A stretch of DNA of 63,931 nucleotides, counting the filler, from Octopus bimaculoides (lineage: Eukaryota): NCBI RefSeq assembly GCF_001194135.2. It is 7 parts of 7 records of this genome, joined end to end, with 100 filler letters (N's around TTAATTAATTAA, not from the genome) between each part and the next. Parts side by side here need not be neighbours in the genome. Positions count along the whole stretch, not along the records: positions 11,243 to 29,174 come from NC_068991.1; 6 more parts are not named here. The stretch is one strand, 5' to 3'. The position numbers and the translations under genes are program-made. Of the stretch, positions 12,145 to 23,397 are shown piece by piece. Position 1 is the first letter of the stretch; each line of letters opens with the position of its first letter. The notes beneath the pieces were generated by a model, which worked only from the letters and a program-made list of their open reading frames with translations, had not been told where the DNA came from and ran no database searches.

Positions 12145-12310
12145 TCCCTGTAGAGCATGTGGTTGAAACATTAGCTTTCACAACCTCAGGGCTCCAGGTT
12201 CAATCCCATTGTGTGACACCTTCAGCAACTGACTTTTGCCATAGCTTCAGGTTGCTCAGTACCTTGTCAGTGGTATTTTGTAAGATGGAAATTGTGTAGA
12301 AGCTTCTAGT
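12145..12310 (+). mobile_element. Old SINE family A-like head
   Basis: ccaggttcaatcccattgtgtgacaccttcagcaa...ccttgtcagtgg...gtaagatggaaattg. Confidence 0.55.
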
Positions 12311-12336
12311 TTGTCTGTCTCTTCCCATATATATAT

Positions 12337-12751
12337 ATATTTGTTAAAGAGGACAATACAAATGCTACAGCAAACATCTCAAGTCATATACGTTATTATT
12401 ATCAAAAAATTTAAAGTTTTACAGCTGTTTTGGGGATATCTCAAAATGTGGGATATCCCATCATTGGAGAAAAATAGGGAAAATGTGAAGGGTATAGATT
12501 AAAGAAAGTTGAACTGTGAGCTTTTATGCTTCTTTTTTCTTCATTTCTTTATTTCTTTTTTTCTCCAGCCCTTTATTTCATTGCTTCCTTAATTTATACC
12601 CTTCACATTTTCCCTATTTGTCTCCAATAATGGGATATCCCATATTTTAAGATATCCCAGAAACAGCTGTAAGACTTAAAATTTTTTAATAATAATAATG
12701 TATATGACTTGAGATATTTGCCTTAGCATTTGTTGTCCTCTTTAACAAATA
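12337..12751. mobile_element. Foldback element, ~170-bp arms and ~75-bp spacer, each arm with a hammerhead-like fold
   Basis: 12337-12508 versus the reverse complement of 12584-12751 match closely. Confidence 0.8.
12620..12675 (+). ncRNA. Hammerhead-like fold with variant or decayed core
   Basis: GUCU-CCAAUAA-UGGGAUAUC(11 nt)GAUAUCCCA-GAAA-CAGCUGUA-AGAC; core differs from CUGAUGA at 3 positions. Confidence 0.5.
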
Positions 12752-12909
12752 CATATCCGCTATATCAGAATCTACAATGGTTCCATAACTCCCATCTTGT
12801 CTATGAGCTTGGAGCCCTGGTAATACATTACAGCACTTACCCAGCATACCTAGTTGTTTAGATCACCTGTGAGCAAACCACCCATATTATGTATATATAT
12901 ATATATATA

Positions 12910-13098
12910 TATGAGGAGCTGCTAAAAAGGCTTTAAGGGTATAGTGAAAGGCCTGGTTAGAGGCCCAAACTTCTGAGTTCCTTTACAGGGCTTAGAAAAA
13001 CTGGAGGACTGCTGCAATAAGTGAGAGAGGTAAATATGTTGAATAGAATCATAATTAATTGATCCCAAAAACCAGGAACTTTTTAGCACTCCCTCATA
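12910..13098 (+). mobile_element. Mariner-derived MITE
   Basis: TIRs TATGAGGAGCTGCTAAAAAG / CTTTTTAGCACTCCCTCATA; interior encodes decayed transposase C-terminus GLEKLEDCCNK*ERGKYVE*. Confidence 0.75.
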
Positions 13099-13213
13099 TA
13101 TATGCGTGTGAACACACACACAAATACATATATAATGTGTGTGTGTATATATATATATATGTATGTATATATACATATATTTTTATATAGATTGATAGAT
13201 AGATATATACATA

Positions 13214-14300
13214 CAAGTGTTATACCAAAAGTAATGCCAAAGTGGACATTTCTTTAATCATTAACTGACATTGGTCATTCAAACTGCACATGTTGATAGA
13301 GTGACTCTTCCTCCATACAAAGGTACTATGCAACATAGACTTTGTCCCAAAGGGTGTATTTGCTCTATCATTGAATCCAATTCTAGAATCTTCTTTGAAT
13401 AAATTCAGGTGTGCACTGTTACACCCATTTTTTCACAGAACAAATCATTGTTCCTGAAGACTGTCCTTTATTGGACTGAACAGGCAGAAGTCAGATGGCC
13501 CCAGATCAGGATGTACAATGGATGGTGGGGACCACTGACCAGTCCAGTGTGCTGAATGCCTGATTTGTAACCAAAGATCTATGTTGTTATAAATATGGGT
13601 CTTTTCCAGATTCTTGTTTGATCCCTTCCTCTTAATGGCTTCTCTAAGCTTTTTCAGTGTCTCAGTATACCACTCACTGTTCATGCCATGGCTACATTCC
13701 GGAAATTCAAGGAGAATGATGCTTTTGTCATTCCATAAAATAACCTCCTTGACTTTCTGTGCAGATCTGTGCCCTTTAAACTTCTTAGGCCTTGAAAATG
13801 AGGTGTGATGCCATTCCAAGGACTGAGCCTTCCCTGTCACCTGATCAGAAATAAACTTGTCTTCATTGGTTTCAAATGCTTTCAGCAAATTAGAACAAGC
13901 TTCCACCCTTCTCTCCTTCAAATCAAGTATCAACTGCTGAGGTACCCGCTTTGCACACATTTGCCAATACCTAAACTTTTTCACTGTCTTCTGTAATGCA
14001 TTACAACCTCAGTTAAGTGATGCATCAAGCTCATGAATTGTGAGTTATACATCTACATGGACCAGTTTATTTACATGCTGGCTATTCATGTTTGTGATTG
14101 CAAAGTTCATGGTCTCCAACTGCATGGTTTGTCTTCATTGCTGGTTTCTCTTTATTTAATCTTCATCCATCTCTGCACATCGCTCTTGTTGATACTGTTA
14201 TCTTTCTAAACAATCTTTCCTGTTGATGTTAGACAATCTGCACACCCCTCCTTCATTAAAAACTCAATGTCAACACATTACTTCTGCTTCAAACTTATTA
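13214..14300 (-). mobile_element. Mariner transposase fossil
   Basis: ORF 13445-13984: WHHTSFSRPKKFK...KVKEVILWNDKSIILLEF...NSEWYTETLKKLREAIKRK...HPDLGPSDFCLF (YSPDLAPSD-like); TA+CAAGTGTTATACCAAAAGTAATG TIR-like end at 13214; other TIR poorly preserved. Confidence 0.85.
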
Positions 14301-14483
14301 TTTGCCTGCAATGAAGAGGAAAATAAGGAAGAGTTACAATGAAGGATGAGTTATTTTACCAAGCTATGCTATTTGAACAACCTACGTCACTTAATAAACT
14401 TATGCCCACATTTGGATTATTTTTGATACAACCTTTATTTGTAGATATCTTTTGCCAGTGTTTATTGGTAAATGTTTATAGGT

Positions 14484-14651
14484 GCAGGAGTGGCTGTGTG
14501 GTAAGTAGCTTGCTTACCAACCACATGGTTCTGGGTTCAGTCTCACTGCGTGGGACCTTGGGCAAGTGTCTTCTACTATAGCCTTGGGCTGACCAAAGCC
14601 TTGTGAGTGGATTTGGTAGACAGAAACTGAAAGAAACCCATCGTATATATG

Positions 14652-14711
<60 letters not shown>

Positions 14712-14920
14712 CGTGTGCGTGTATATGTTTGTGTCTGTGTTTGTCCCTCAACATCACTTGACAACCGATGCTGGTGTGTTTACGTCCGTGTAACCTAGTA
14801 CTAGGCTTACAAAGAATAAGTCCTGGGGTCGATTTGTTCGACTAAAGGCGGTGCTCCAGCACGGCCGCAGTCAAATGACTGAAACAAGTAAAAGACTAAA
14901 AAAGAGTAAAAGAGTAAATG
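14484..14920 (+). mobile_element. SINE family A, full length with internal (TA)n(TG)n
   Basis: gcaggagtggctgtgtggtaagtagcttg...ccttgggcaagtgtctt...microsatellite...gactgaaacaagtaaaaga. Confidence 0.9.
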
Positions 14921-16790
14921 CTATAAAAGACAGCAAGAAAACAGTAAAACTGTTGTTTTAGAATGGAAGTCTCTGGTGATACATCAAGTTCATAGACACT
15001 CCTTAATCATTGACTGTAAGAAGTGGGGTGAATCATTGAATGGTCCCTGAGAAGTCTGTAACAAACAACACTGCTGCTATTGTTATTGGCTACAAAATAA
15101 AATGTTGTCAATCAGCTGCTCCTCATTTATAATATATTGGCAATTTAACTAATTTGATATTTTGTTTTGATGTCCGTGAGAGTCATCAAGCATTTGTTAT
15201 TAGATTTGCTGTTTTCCCTGTTGGCGTTGAGTTTAGGAACATAATGAAGTCAAGTCTTCTGCTTCATCTGCTTGGACGCAACACAGAATATTTCTGTTTG
15301 ATTAATGATAAGTAATTGGTATTAGAGAGAGAGAGAGAGTTTGTGTGTGTGTGTGTGTGTGTGCATGAATGTGTTCTGTGATAGAGATATCTCAAGTTAG
15401 AAACTCAAGTTGAGAACTGAGTCACTATGGCATTACTACTCATTGACAGAGTTCTTACTATATAACTAATTTCTCAGTTTATGGCAGAAATGAAGGACAA
15501 AAAAAAAAGAAAAAATATTATCTACTGATAATTTTCATTGATAAAAACATACAAGTAGAAAACCTGCCAAAAGTAATTTTATAAGCTTTGCTGAAATTTC
15601 TAATAAAACTGTAATTGCCAATTTTCCTGGGTCTGTAAATGAGCATTTGGTGCCTATTTTTGAAATTGTTGTTTATGTTTGTGTCTTACGATGGAGACTA
15701 CTAAATCCTTTATCAAACAAAGGAATCTCTCTGCACCCTATTATCATCTCTATTTTATTCTTATCTAAAACTGCTTAAACTCTACCTCATTCCTACACAT
15801 TTGCTGATGACTCAACTGCCCATCCACAACTGTTTTTCATCTCAGATGTTTAAATGTCGAGAAGAGAGAGAGAGGATGTTGGTGTTTCATCAATGACTGC
15901 TCTATACTACGGCTGACTCTAACTTCTCCATTTGTTATTGATTCCAGTCTCCAGTGGGAATCATCCCTGTTGCTGTTTATCTTTTTATCCTTCACTGCCA
16001 AGGAGTGGATTAGTGCAGGACTGACAGAATTTTCTCAGTCATATCTAATTGTCATTTCATTCAATACATGATATTTATTTATATTTCAGATAATATGCTT
16101 TTTATTGCTATGTCTCTAGTGACTGACCATCTTGGTCTCTTGACTCCTTGGTTTACTATTTAAAAGGTCTTTGTTTAAGCTGCATTAGATTTTAAATGTG
16201 AGAGTGATGGCCAAGTGGAGTGAGTGGTGGACTTGTGACAAGGATATTTAATTTTCAGATGGTTTTGTCCATCTTTCTGTAAATGTGTATCACAGGGTAG
16301 TCACTAACCTAATCAATGACAATACTGCAATATTGGGAAGTGATTTTGTGTTTTATTCACTGTGGGCCTAGTGAAAGTAAGATCAAACAACTCTTGTGGC
16401 AGAGGGGAAAATGCCCCAGAGCAGTGTTCTACTTATCAAATTACAAAAATAGTACAAGTCTCATGAATATTATAGAGAGAGTTGAAAAACTTTGATTGAC
16501 TGATGCTATCCAAGTAGTTATTAGTTAAATGTGAGTCTCCTTCTTTATGCATTTCTAGTGATGTATCCATGTATCCCAGTTAATCCTCTCATTCTTGGAA
16601 ACAGGGGTAGAATCAAGAATAAACCACAAGCAGGAAATAATTTCTCAAAGTCCTATCATATTTTTAGAATCAGCATCACTAGTTTTTTCTTCTTTCTCTC
16701 TCCCTTTGACAGTCTTTCTATACATATATACCTACACACACAAGCACACACACACATGCATTGTATATGTATTATATATGTATGTGTCTG

Positions 16791-16848
<58 letters not shown>

Positions 16849-16859
16849 TACACATATAG

Positions 16860-17019
16860 GCACAAGAGTGGCTGTGTGGTAAGTAGCTTGCTTACCAGCC
16901 ACATGGTTCTGGGTTCAGTCCCACTGCGTGGCACCTTGGGCAAGTGTCTTCTACTATAGCCTTGGGCTGACCAAAGCCTTTTGAGTGGATTTGGTAGACG
17001 GAAATTGAAAGAAGCCTGT

Positions 17020-17072
<53 letters not shown>

Positions 17073-17285
17073 GTTTGTGTGTCTGTGTTTGTCACCCCAA
17101 CATCGCTTGACAACCGATGGTGGTGTGTTTACGCCCCCGTAGCTTACTGGTTTGGCAAAAGAGACTGATAGAATAAGCACTAGGCTTACAAAGAATAAGT
17201 CCTGGGATTGGTTTGCTTGACTAAAGGCAGTGTTCCAGCATGGCTGCAGTCAAATGATTGAAACAAGTAAAAGAATAAAAGAATA
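16860..17285 (+). mobile_element. SINE family A, full length
   Basis: Same head-(TG)n-tail structure as 14484-14920. Confidence 0.9.
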
Positions 17286-17424
17286 CATATACACATGCAT
17301 GTACATACAAATACACACGCTTGTTCTTGCTTGCAGTTGTGCTCACAGTCCTGCTTGTGGTCATGGTCGCAGTCATGGTCGCTGTCATGCTCAGTTCATT
17401 TTACAACTCCCTTACATATAAAGG

Positions 17425-17640
17425 TAAGGCAGCAAGCTCGCAGAATTGTTAGCACGCCAAGCAAAATGTTTAGTGGCATTTCATCTGTTTATATGTTCTG
17501 AGTTCAAATATTGTCGAGGTCCACTTTGCCTTTCATCCTTTCAGGGTCGATAAAATAAGTACCAGCCTAGCACTGGGGTCAATGTAATTGATTCACTCCT
17601 CACTCAAAGCTGCTGGCCTTGTTCCTAAATCTGAAGCCTA
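17425..17640 (+). mobile_element. SINE family B
   Basis: aaggcagcaagctcgcagaattgttagcacgcc...ttgcctttcatcctttcagggtcgataaaataagtacc. Confidence 0.85.
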
Positions 17641-17659
17641 TATTACATATGAAGATGGT

Positions 17660-18050
17660 GTGTTGGCAGAAGTTATCATATTGGACAAAATAAGCATTAT
17701 GGTATTTCTTCTGGCTTTTAATGTTCAATTCTAACCGAGATCAACTTAGCCTTTCATTCTTTCCGACTCGATAAAATAAAGTACCAGTCAAGTACAAGGG
17801 TTGATCAGTGGCATATGGTGGTGGTTGTACTGGGTGTGCTGCCACACACAATGCCACCAAATTTCATGCAGAGGTATAACAAAAGTTTTCCATTAAGATT
17901 TTGTGATTAAATTAATAAGTAAGGTTGATATTTATAATAAATTTACCATTTCCGATGGGTGTGCAGTGCACACCTAGCACACCCAGAATATATGCCCTTG
18001 TGGTTGATGTAATTGACTTGTTGCCCTCCCTTCAAAATTGCTGGCCTTGA
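17660..18050 (+). mobile_element. SINE family B interrupted by a hAT-type MITE
   Basis: SINE sequence resumes at 18001 (tggttgatgtaattgacttg...gctggccttg). Confidence 0.75.
17806..18000. mobile_element. hAT-like MITE, 195 bp
   Basis: TIRs CAGTGGCATAT..CTGGGTGTGCT / AGCACACCCAG..ATATGCCCTTG; 8-bp TSD GGGTTGAT (17798-17805) / TGGTTGAT (18001-18008). Confidence 0.75.
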
Positions 18051-18553
18051 ATCCAGCAACAGATTGGTTCCCCATTCAGACAAATGTTTTGATCCCAATC
18101 AGTTATACACCATGCAAACTGGGCAACTGTTCTTAGGGTTCAAGAAAAACAAAAAAATTACAAATGTGAGAGCCTACCATATTTGTATTACAGTATACTC
18201 CCCTCTGGTTTTTTTCTCTCAGCTGTTAGTATTGAACTACTGGTTGAGTGGTTAATGATGATGATGATGATGATAAGGAGGAGGGGGAAATATATTTTCA
18301 GTTGCAAAATAAGAGTGACAATCGACAATAAACACCCACTTCACCCCTTTCCACATATAAGTAGCCTGGGAAGTTGAATATAAAACAGCCTGCTGTATGT
18401 TTTTTCCATATGGTAATCTGGTTTCCAGGAATATGATGATTAAGGTAGACACAAGACCACAGAGAGAGAAGCAGGGAATCAACTTGAGTGAATGACTAAT
18501 ATATATTTTATCAAGTGTCAGATAGGATTTCACACTCAAACATAAATCAATTC

Positions 18554-18591
<38 letters not shown>

Positions 18592-18594
<3 letters not shown>

Positions 18595-18810
18595 TCCTTT
18601 CTACTATAGGCACAAAGGCTGGATTTTGTGGGGAGGGGGATAGTCGATCACATCAACCCCAGTACTCAACTGGTACTTAGTTTATTGACCCTGAAAGGAT
18701 GAAAGGCAAAGTCGACCTTGGGAGAATTTGAACTCAGAACGTAGCAACAGATGAAATACCTCTAAGCATTTTGCCCGGCATGCTAACAGTTCCGCCAGCT
18801 CACTGCCTTA
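18592..18810 (-). mobile_element. SINE family B, full length with (TAA)n tail
   Basis: Reverse complement of the family B head/body. Confidence 0.85.
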
Positions 18811-18819
18811 ATAATAATG

Positions 18820-18857
<38 letters not shown>

Positions 18858-18914
18858 TTTCAACTAGCAATAACCATGCCTTGGATTTACCTCATTGGCC
18901 ATGGGACCGAATAA

Positions 18915-19045
18915 TGGTTTTCAAATTTTGCTACAAGGGCAGCCATTTGTTGGAGGATAAGTCGATTACATTGATCCCAGTGTTTCACTGGTACTTAATT
19001 TATCGAGCCTGAAAGGATGAAAGGCAAAGTTGACCTCGATAGAAT
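18915..19045 (-). mobile_element. SINE family B, partial
   Basis: gtcgattacattgatcccagtg...ctgaaaggatgaaaggcaaagttgacc. Confidence 0.75.
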
Positions 19046-19102
19046 TTGGGAGGGTGTCATCTGATTAAATTTACCCAATATTTCCTTGATGTTTTATTTT
19101 TT

Positions 19103-19265
19103 CAGGTGTGGCTGTGTAGTTAGAAGCTTTCTTCCCAACCACATGGTTCTGGGTTCAGTCCCACTACATGGCACCTTGAGTAAGTGTCTTCTACCAAAGC
19201 CTTGTGCTGACCAAAGCCTTGTGAATGGATTTGGTAGACAGAAACTGAAAGAAGCTTGATGTATA
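19103..19265 (+). mobile_element. SINE family A head
   Basis: caggtgtggctgtgtagttagaagc...gacagaaactgaaagaagc. Confidence 0.8.
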
Positions 19266-19624
19266 TATATATAAATATATCCAAGAAAGTTAGGGGTTGT
19301 GAATCCAACCCACTAAGAGATATCTATCCAATATACTGCTGGAAGAATACCCGATTATTATTACACTAGTGCTTTTCCATTGCATGGCAATTACATTACC
19401 AAGTGCAATAAATGAGTGCGGGTAAAAAGTTATTTTACCATTAATTTATATAGCAATAAGAAAATGGAGGGGATTAATAGGTGGTATTCATCAGCTTGCA
19501 GACATTGTATTGTGTCAATTTACTTGTTTATTTGTTTACTAAGAGGACAATAATAACAATATACAAGCATATGTGACATATGTCACATGTGTTTGTATAT
19601 GTGTTTGTATATTGTTATTATCTA

Positions 19625-19687
<63 letters not shown>

Positions 19688-19828
19688 NNNNNNNNNNNNN
19701 NNNNNNNNNNNNNNNNNNNNNNNNNNNNNNNNNNNNNNNNNNNNNNNNNNNNNNNNNNNNNNNNNNNNNNNNNNNNNNNNNNNNNNNNNNNNNNNNNNNN
19801 NNNNNNNNNNNNNNNNNNNNNNNNNNNN

Positions 19829-19881
<53 letters not shown>

Positions 19882-20284
19882 TTGGTACGATACAAGTATA
19901 TATCTTATCTAATTATCTGTGTAAAAGAAGATAAGAGCTATTTATTAAGTAAAGGATGAGATATCTCTTTGTTAACCTTCAGCCCAGCATGAAATCCATG
20001 AAATTAATTAAGACTTGTCAAAACCTTTTATTGCTTCTTGCAAGGTTCATTTTTTTTTTTTTTATCAATGATTCTTAAACATTTTGCTCATTTGTTTAGC
20101 TTGAAAATTCATTATCTACAGTCATTTTAAGAATATTTTAAGGTAGATTATTACTATGTAGATTATTTATTTTATTTCATAAAATCTCCAAAAATACTTG
20201 AAATGTTTGTGTAATTTCTGTGTTTAGGATTTCTTTCGACTTAATCTTTTTCGTCTATCTCTAAATTAGCATTTTTATTAAAAT

Positions 20285-20990
20285 TTTTCCATCTTTTACT
20301 TGTTTCAGTCATTTGGCTTGTTTCAGCCATTTGGCTTGTTTCAGCCATTTGGCGCTACCTTGAAGGGTTTTTCAATCGAATAAATTGACTACAGGACATA
20401 TTTTTTTTTAAGGCTTGGTACTTATTGTATAGGTTTCTTTTACTGAACTGCTAAGTTACTGGAATGTAAGCACACCAACAGCGCTTGTCAAGCATTGATT
20501 AGGGGGGGGGACTAACACAGACACAAAGACACACACACACATACATACATACACACACATACATACATACATACATACATGTTTCTTTCAGTTTCTTATT
20601 TCGTTACTACCCACAAGGGGCTACACACAGAGGGGACAAACAAGGACAGACAAACGGATTGAGTCGATTATATCGACCCCCCCAGTGCGTAACTGGTACT
20701 TATTTAATCGACCCCGAAAGGTTGAAAGGCAAATCGACCTCCGCGGAATTTGAACTCAGAATGTAGCGGCAGACGAAATGCCGCTAAGCATTTCGCCCGG
20801 TGTGCTAACGTTTCTGCCAGCTCGCCGCCTTCTTTCAGCTTCTTTCAGTTTCTGACTACCAAATCCACTCACAAGGCTTTGGTCAGCCTAAGGCTATAGT
20901 AGAGGACACTTGCCCAAGGTGTCATGCAGTGGGACTAAACCCAGAACCATTTGGTTGGGAAGCAAGCTTCTTACTACACAGCCATGCCTC
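20285..20990 (-). mobile_element. SINE family A containing a nested family B copy
   Basis: Tail 20285-20530, microsatellite, head 20833-20990. Confidence 0.8.
20592..20831 (-). mobile_element. SINE family B nested in family A
   Basis: Well-preserved copy flanked by TTCTTTCAG at 20583 and 20830 (TSD-like). Confidence 0.85.
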
Positions 20991-21162
20991 TTAGTCTAAC
21001 TAGAGACCAAATGGTACATTTATCTTGCAAAGGATTTTGGGAATTATCACCCTCTGCCTCACACACTTCATTGACTGCTTGTTTAATTGTACTCAGTGGC
21101 AACTAAGACTCATTTTGTTACTTTGTTTGCAACCTTTGGTATATTATACATGCTGCATTTAA

Positions 21163-21375
21163 CCCTTTAACATTTAAACCTGCAATATCCGACCCAAATA
21201 TTCTACCTGTTTTTATGTTCAAAGCAGCCAGTTATGACCTTTCACACCTACCCTCCGATGTCATTCTAAAATTAGACGATCACATCATTAAAGCTTTAAG
21301 ATAATGCATGATTAATTTGAAATGATGTGTGTCAATAAGAATTACATTCAACAGAGTAATCTGAATGTTAAAGGG
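21163..21375. mobile_element. piggyBac-like MITE
   Basis: TTAA-CCCTTTAACATT ... AATGTTAAAGGG-TGAA, perfect 12-bp TIR. Confidence 0.75.
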
Positions 21376-21430
21376 TGAACACTATAGGTGACTATATATA
21401 CATACATGCATACATATTTATGTGTGAGCT

Positions 21431-21468
<38 letters not shown>

Positions 21469-21714
21469 TGTGCGATTAGAGTTAGTCACCACTTGTTTGG
21501 AGGTGTGTAGGGTAAACAATATGTATAAATCCAGATCATAGTTTCACAGAGTTTTCTACAATAGTAATCAGTGATATGGAAAAAAAAAGTTGGGAATGAA
21601 AATAGAAATGGTACCCAAGTGGTTATTCATGTGACATGCAACACCAGGCAGATGTGATAGATCCACTACTTTTTTCACATCAAATGTTTATCACTGGCAT
21701 CTGTTGAAACTGAC

Positions 21715-22130
21715 ATCATCATCATCACCACTACCACCGCCATCATCACCACCACCATCACCACCATCTCTATCATCATTTGTCTTTCACTATGCCATCA
21801 TAGCTTCAATGGGTCTTCTCTATCTGCTGCATCTTAATTCTTGTTCTGGTCCCTTATCATCTCCTTTCTAAGATCCAGCATCTTGATATCTGCTTTTACC
21901 ATTTCTTCCTACTTCTGCAATCTCCCTCTTCCATTGGTTTCTTCCACTTGGATTCTTTAGCTCTTCTTCCCCTAAGTCTCACAGACATCAAATATCTCAA
22001 ACCAACACATTCTTCTCTCTTGCATGCTACGACCAATTCTTCTAAAGATGGTTAGCTCTTTAAACATAACTCTGAGAGCCTTGTTCTCTCTTCATTCCTT
22101 CACAGCCTCCATGTAATTTGCAGTCAACAA
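21715..22130 (-). mobile_element. RTE-like LINE 3' remnant with (GAT)n-type tail
   Basis: Minus-strand fragments resemble MQERRMCWF and ...VKADIKMLDLRKEMIRD, as in RTE ORF2 ends; heavily decayed. Confidence 0.55.
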
Positions 22131-22884
22131 CTGTGAAAATGAGGTCTTTCCTCAATATAGTTTGCGAGAAGATCGCATAGAAACGATGCTTTTGCTTAGT
22201 CCTAAAGTGCTTAATCAGAAGTCATTGTTGCCTATGATTAGTTTATGTTTGGTCACTGTGTCGCATACTCTGACTACTTCAATTACTTAGTATGCCATTA
22301 CTATATGTTCCACATTCGCTACCCATGTAAAGCTAGGGCATGGATTTAAGCCCATGTTGTCTCAGTATTCAGTCATTGACAAAACTTTAGAACATAGGTC
22401 TGAAAATTAGAATTTTTATATTAAATGCCTAAATTGTACTTGGGCATAACAATTTTAATTTAAAAAAAAAACATCCTAAACTTTTGGCCATGACTATGTA
22501 TNNNNNNNNNNNNNNNNNNNNNNNNNNNNNNNNNNNNNNNNNNNNNNNNNNNNNNNNNNNNNNNNNNNNNNNNNNNNNNNNNNNNNNNNNNNNNNNNNNN
22601 NNNNNNNNNNNNNNNNNNNNNNNNNNNNNNNNNNNNNNNNNNNNNNNNNNNNTATATATATGTATAATTATTATAAAAATTATAATTTAGGGTATCTAAG
22701 AGATATCACCATGCTTGAAATAGCAGTCAAAACTTTGACTCTAAAACCACATCAAATGTTCATATAGCACCAGGAGAAAAGACAAAGAGACAAAATAAAC
22801 TAGCAAAAATAATTATTACCTCTGAGGTTTTTATTCCCATGTTGGCCACCTGATAAGATTGGTATTTTTAAATAACGATCTTAT

Positions 22885-22921
<37 letters not shown>

Positions 22922-22932
22922 CACGTGTGTGT

Positions 22933-23190
22933 GTGAGGGCACATGGCTTAGTGAGATTAAGGTGTTGTGCTCACAATCTAGGGATCATGATTTCAATTCC
23001 TTGACCGGGTGGTGCATTGCGTTCTTGGGCAAAACACTTCATCTCGTGTTGCTCTACAACCACTTCAACACCTGATGCACAGTACACAGTGCACCTGTTC
23101 AGATGTTGACTTGATGGGGAGGATGAGCTAATGTATAGCATGAACATTTGATCACTAGAAACAAATCATTTGTGCAGGATTATTCACACA
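22933..23190 (+). mobile_element. SINE family C (tRNA-like head + gttcttgagcaaaacacttcat body)
   Basis: gtgagggcacatggcttagtg...gtttcaattcc-like B box...cttgggcaaaacacttcat. Confidence 0.8.
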
Positions 23191-23348
23191 AGGATTAATC
23201 TGCACGAATTTCTACACGGATATTTACCACTGGAATGAAACTACTCTTCAAGTACTGTTCTCTCTTTTTTCAGCACATCACACTCTTTACCACTTCATAC
23301 TAAAAATATCCGCCTATGGATATAATAATAGATAACTTTATTTTTTCT

Positions 23349-23397
23349 GTCTCCAATGAAGGGAAGTACTGGATCTTCCCAGAAACAGCTGTAAGAC
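23349..23397 (+). ncRNA. Hammerhead-like fold, solo copy of the 12.3-12.8 kb family
   Basis: GUCU-CCAAUGA-A-GGGAAG(uacuggau)CUUCCC-A-GAAA-CAGCUGUA-AGAC. Confidence 0.5.
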
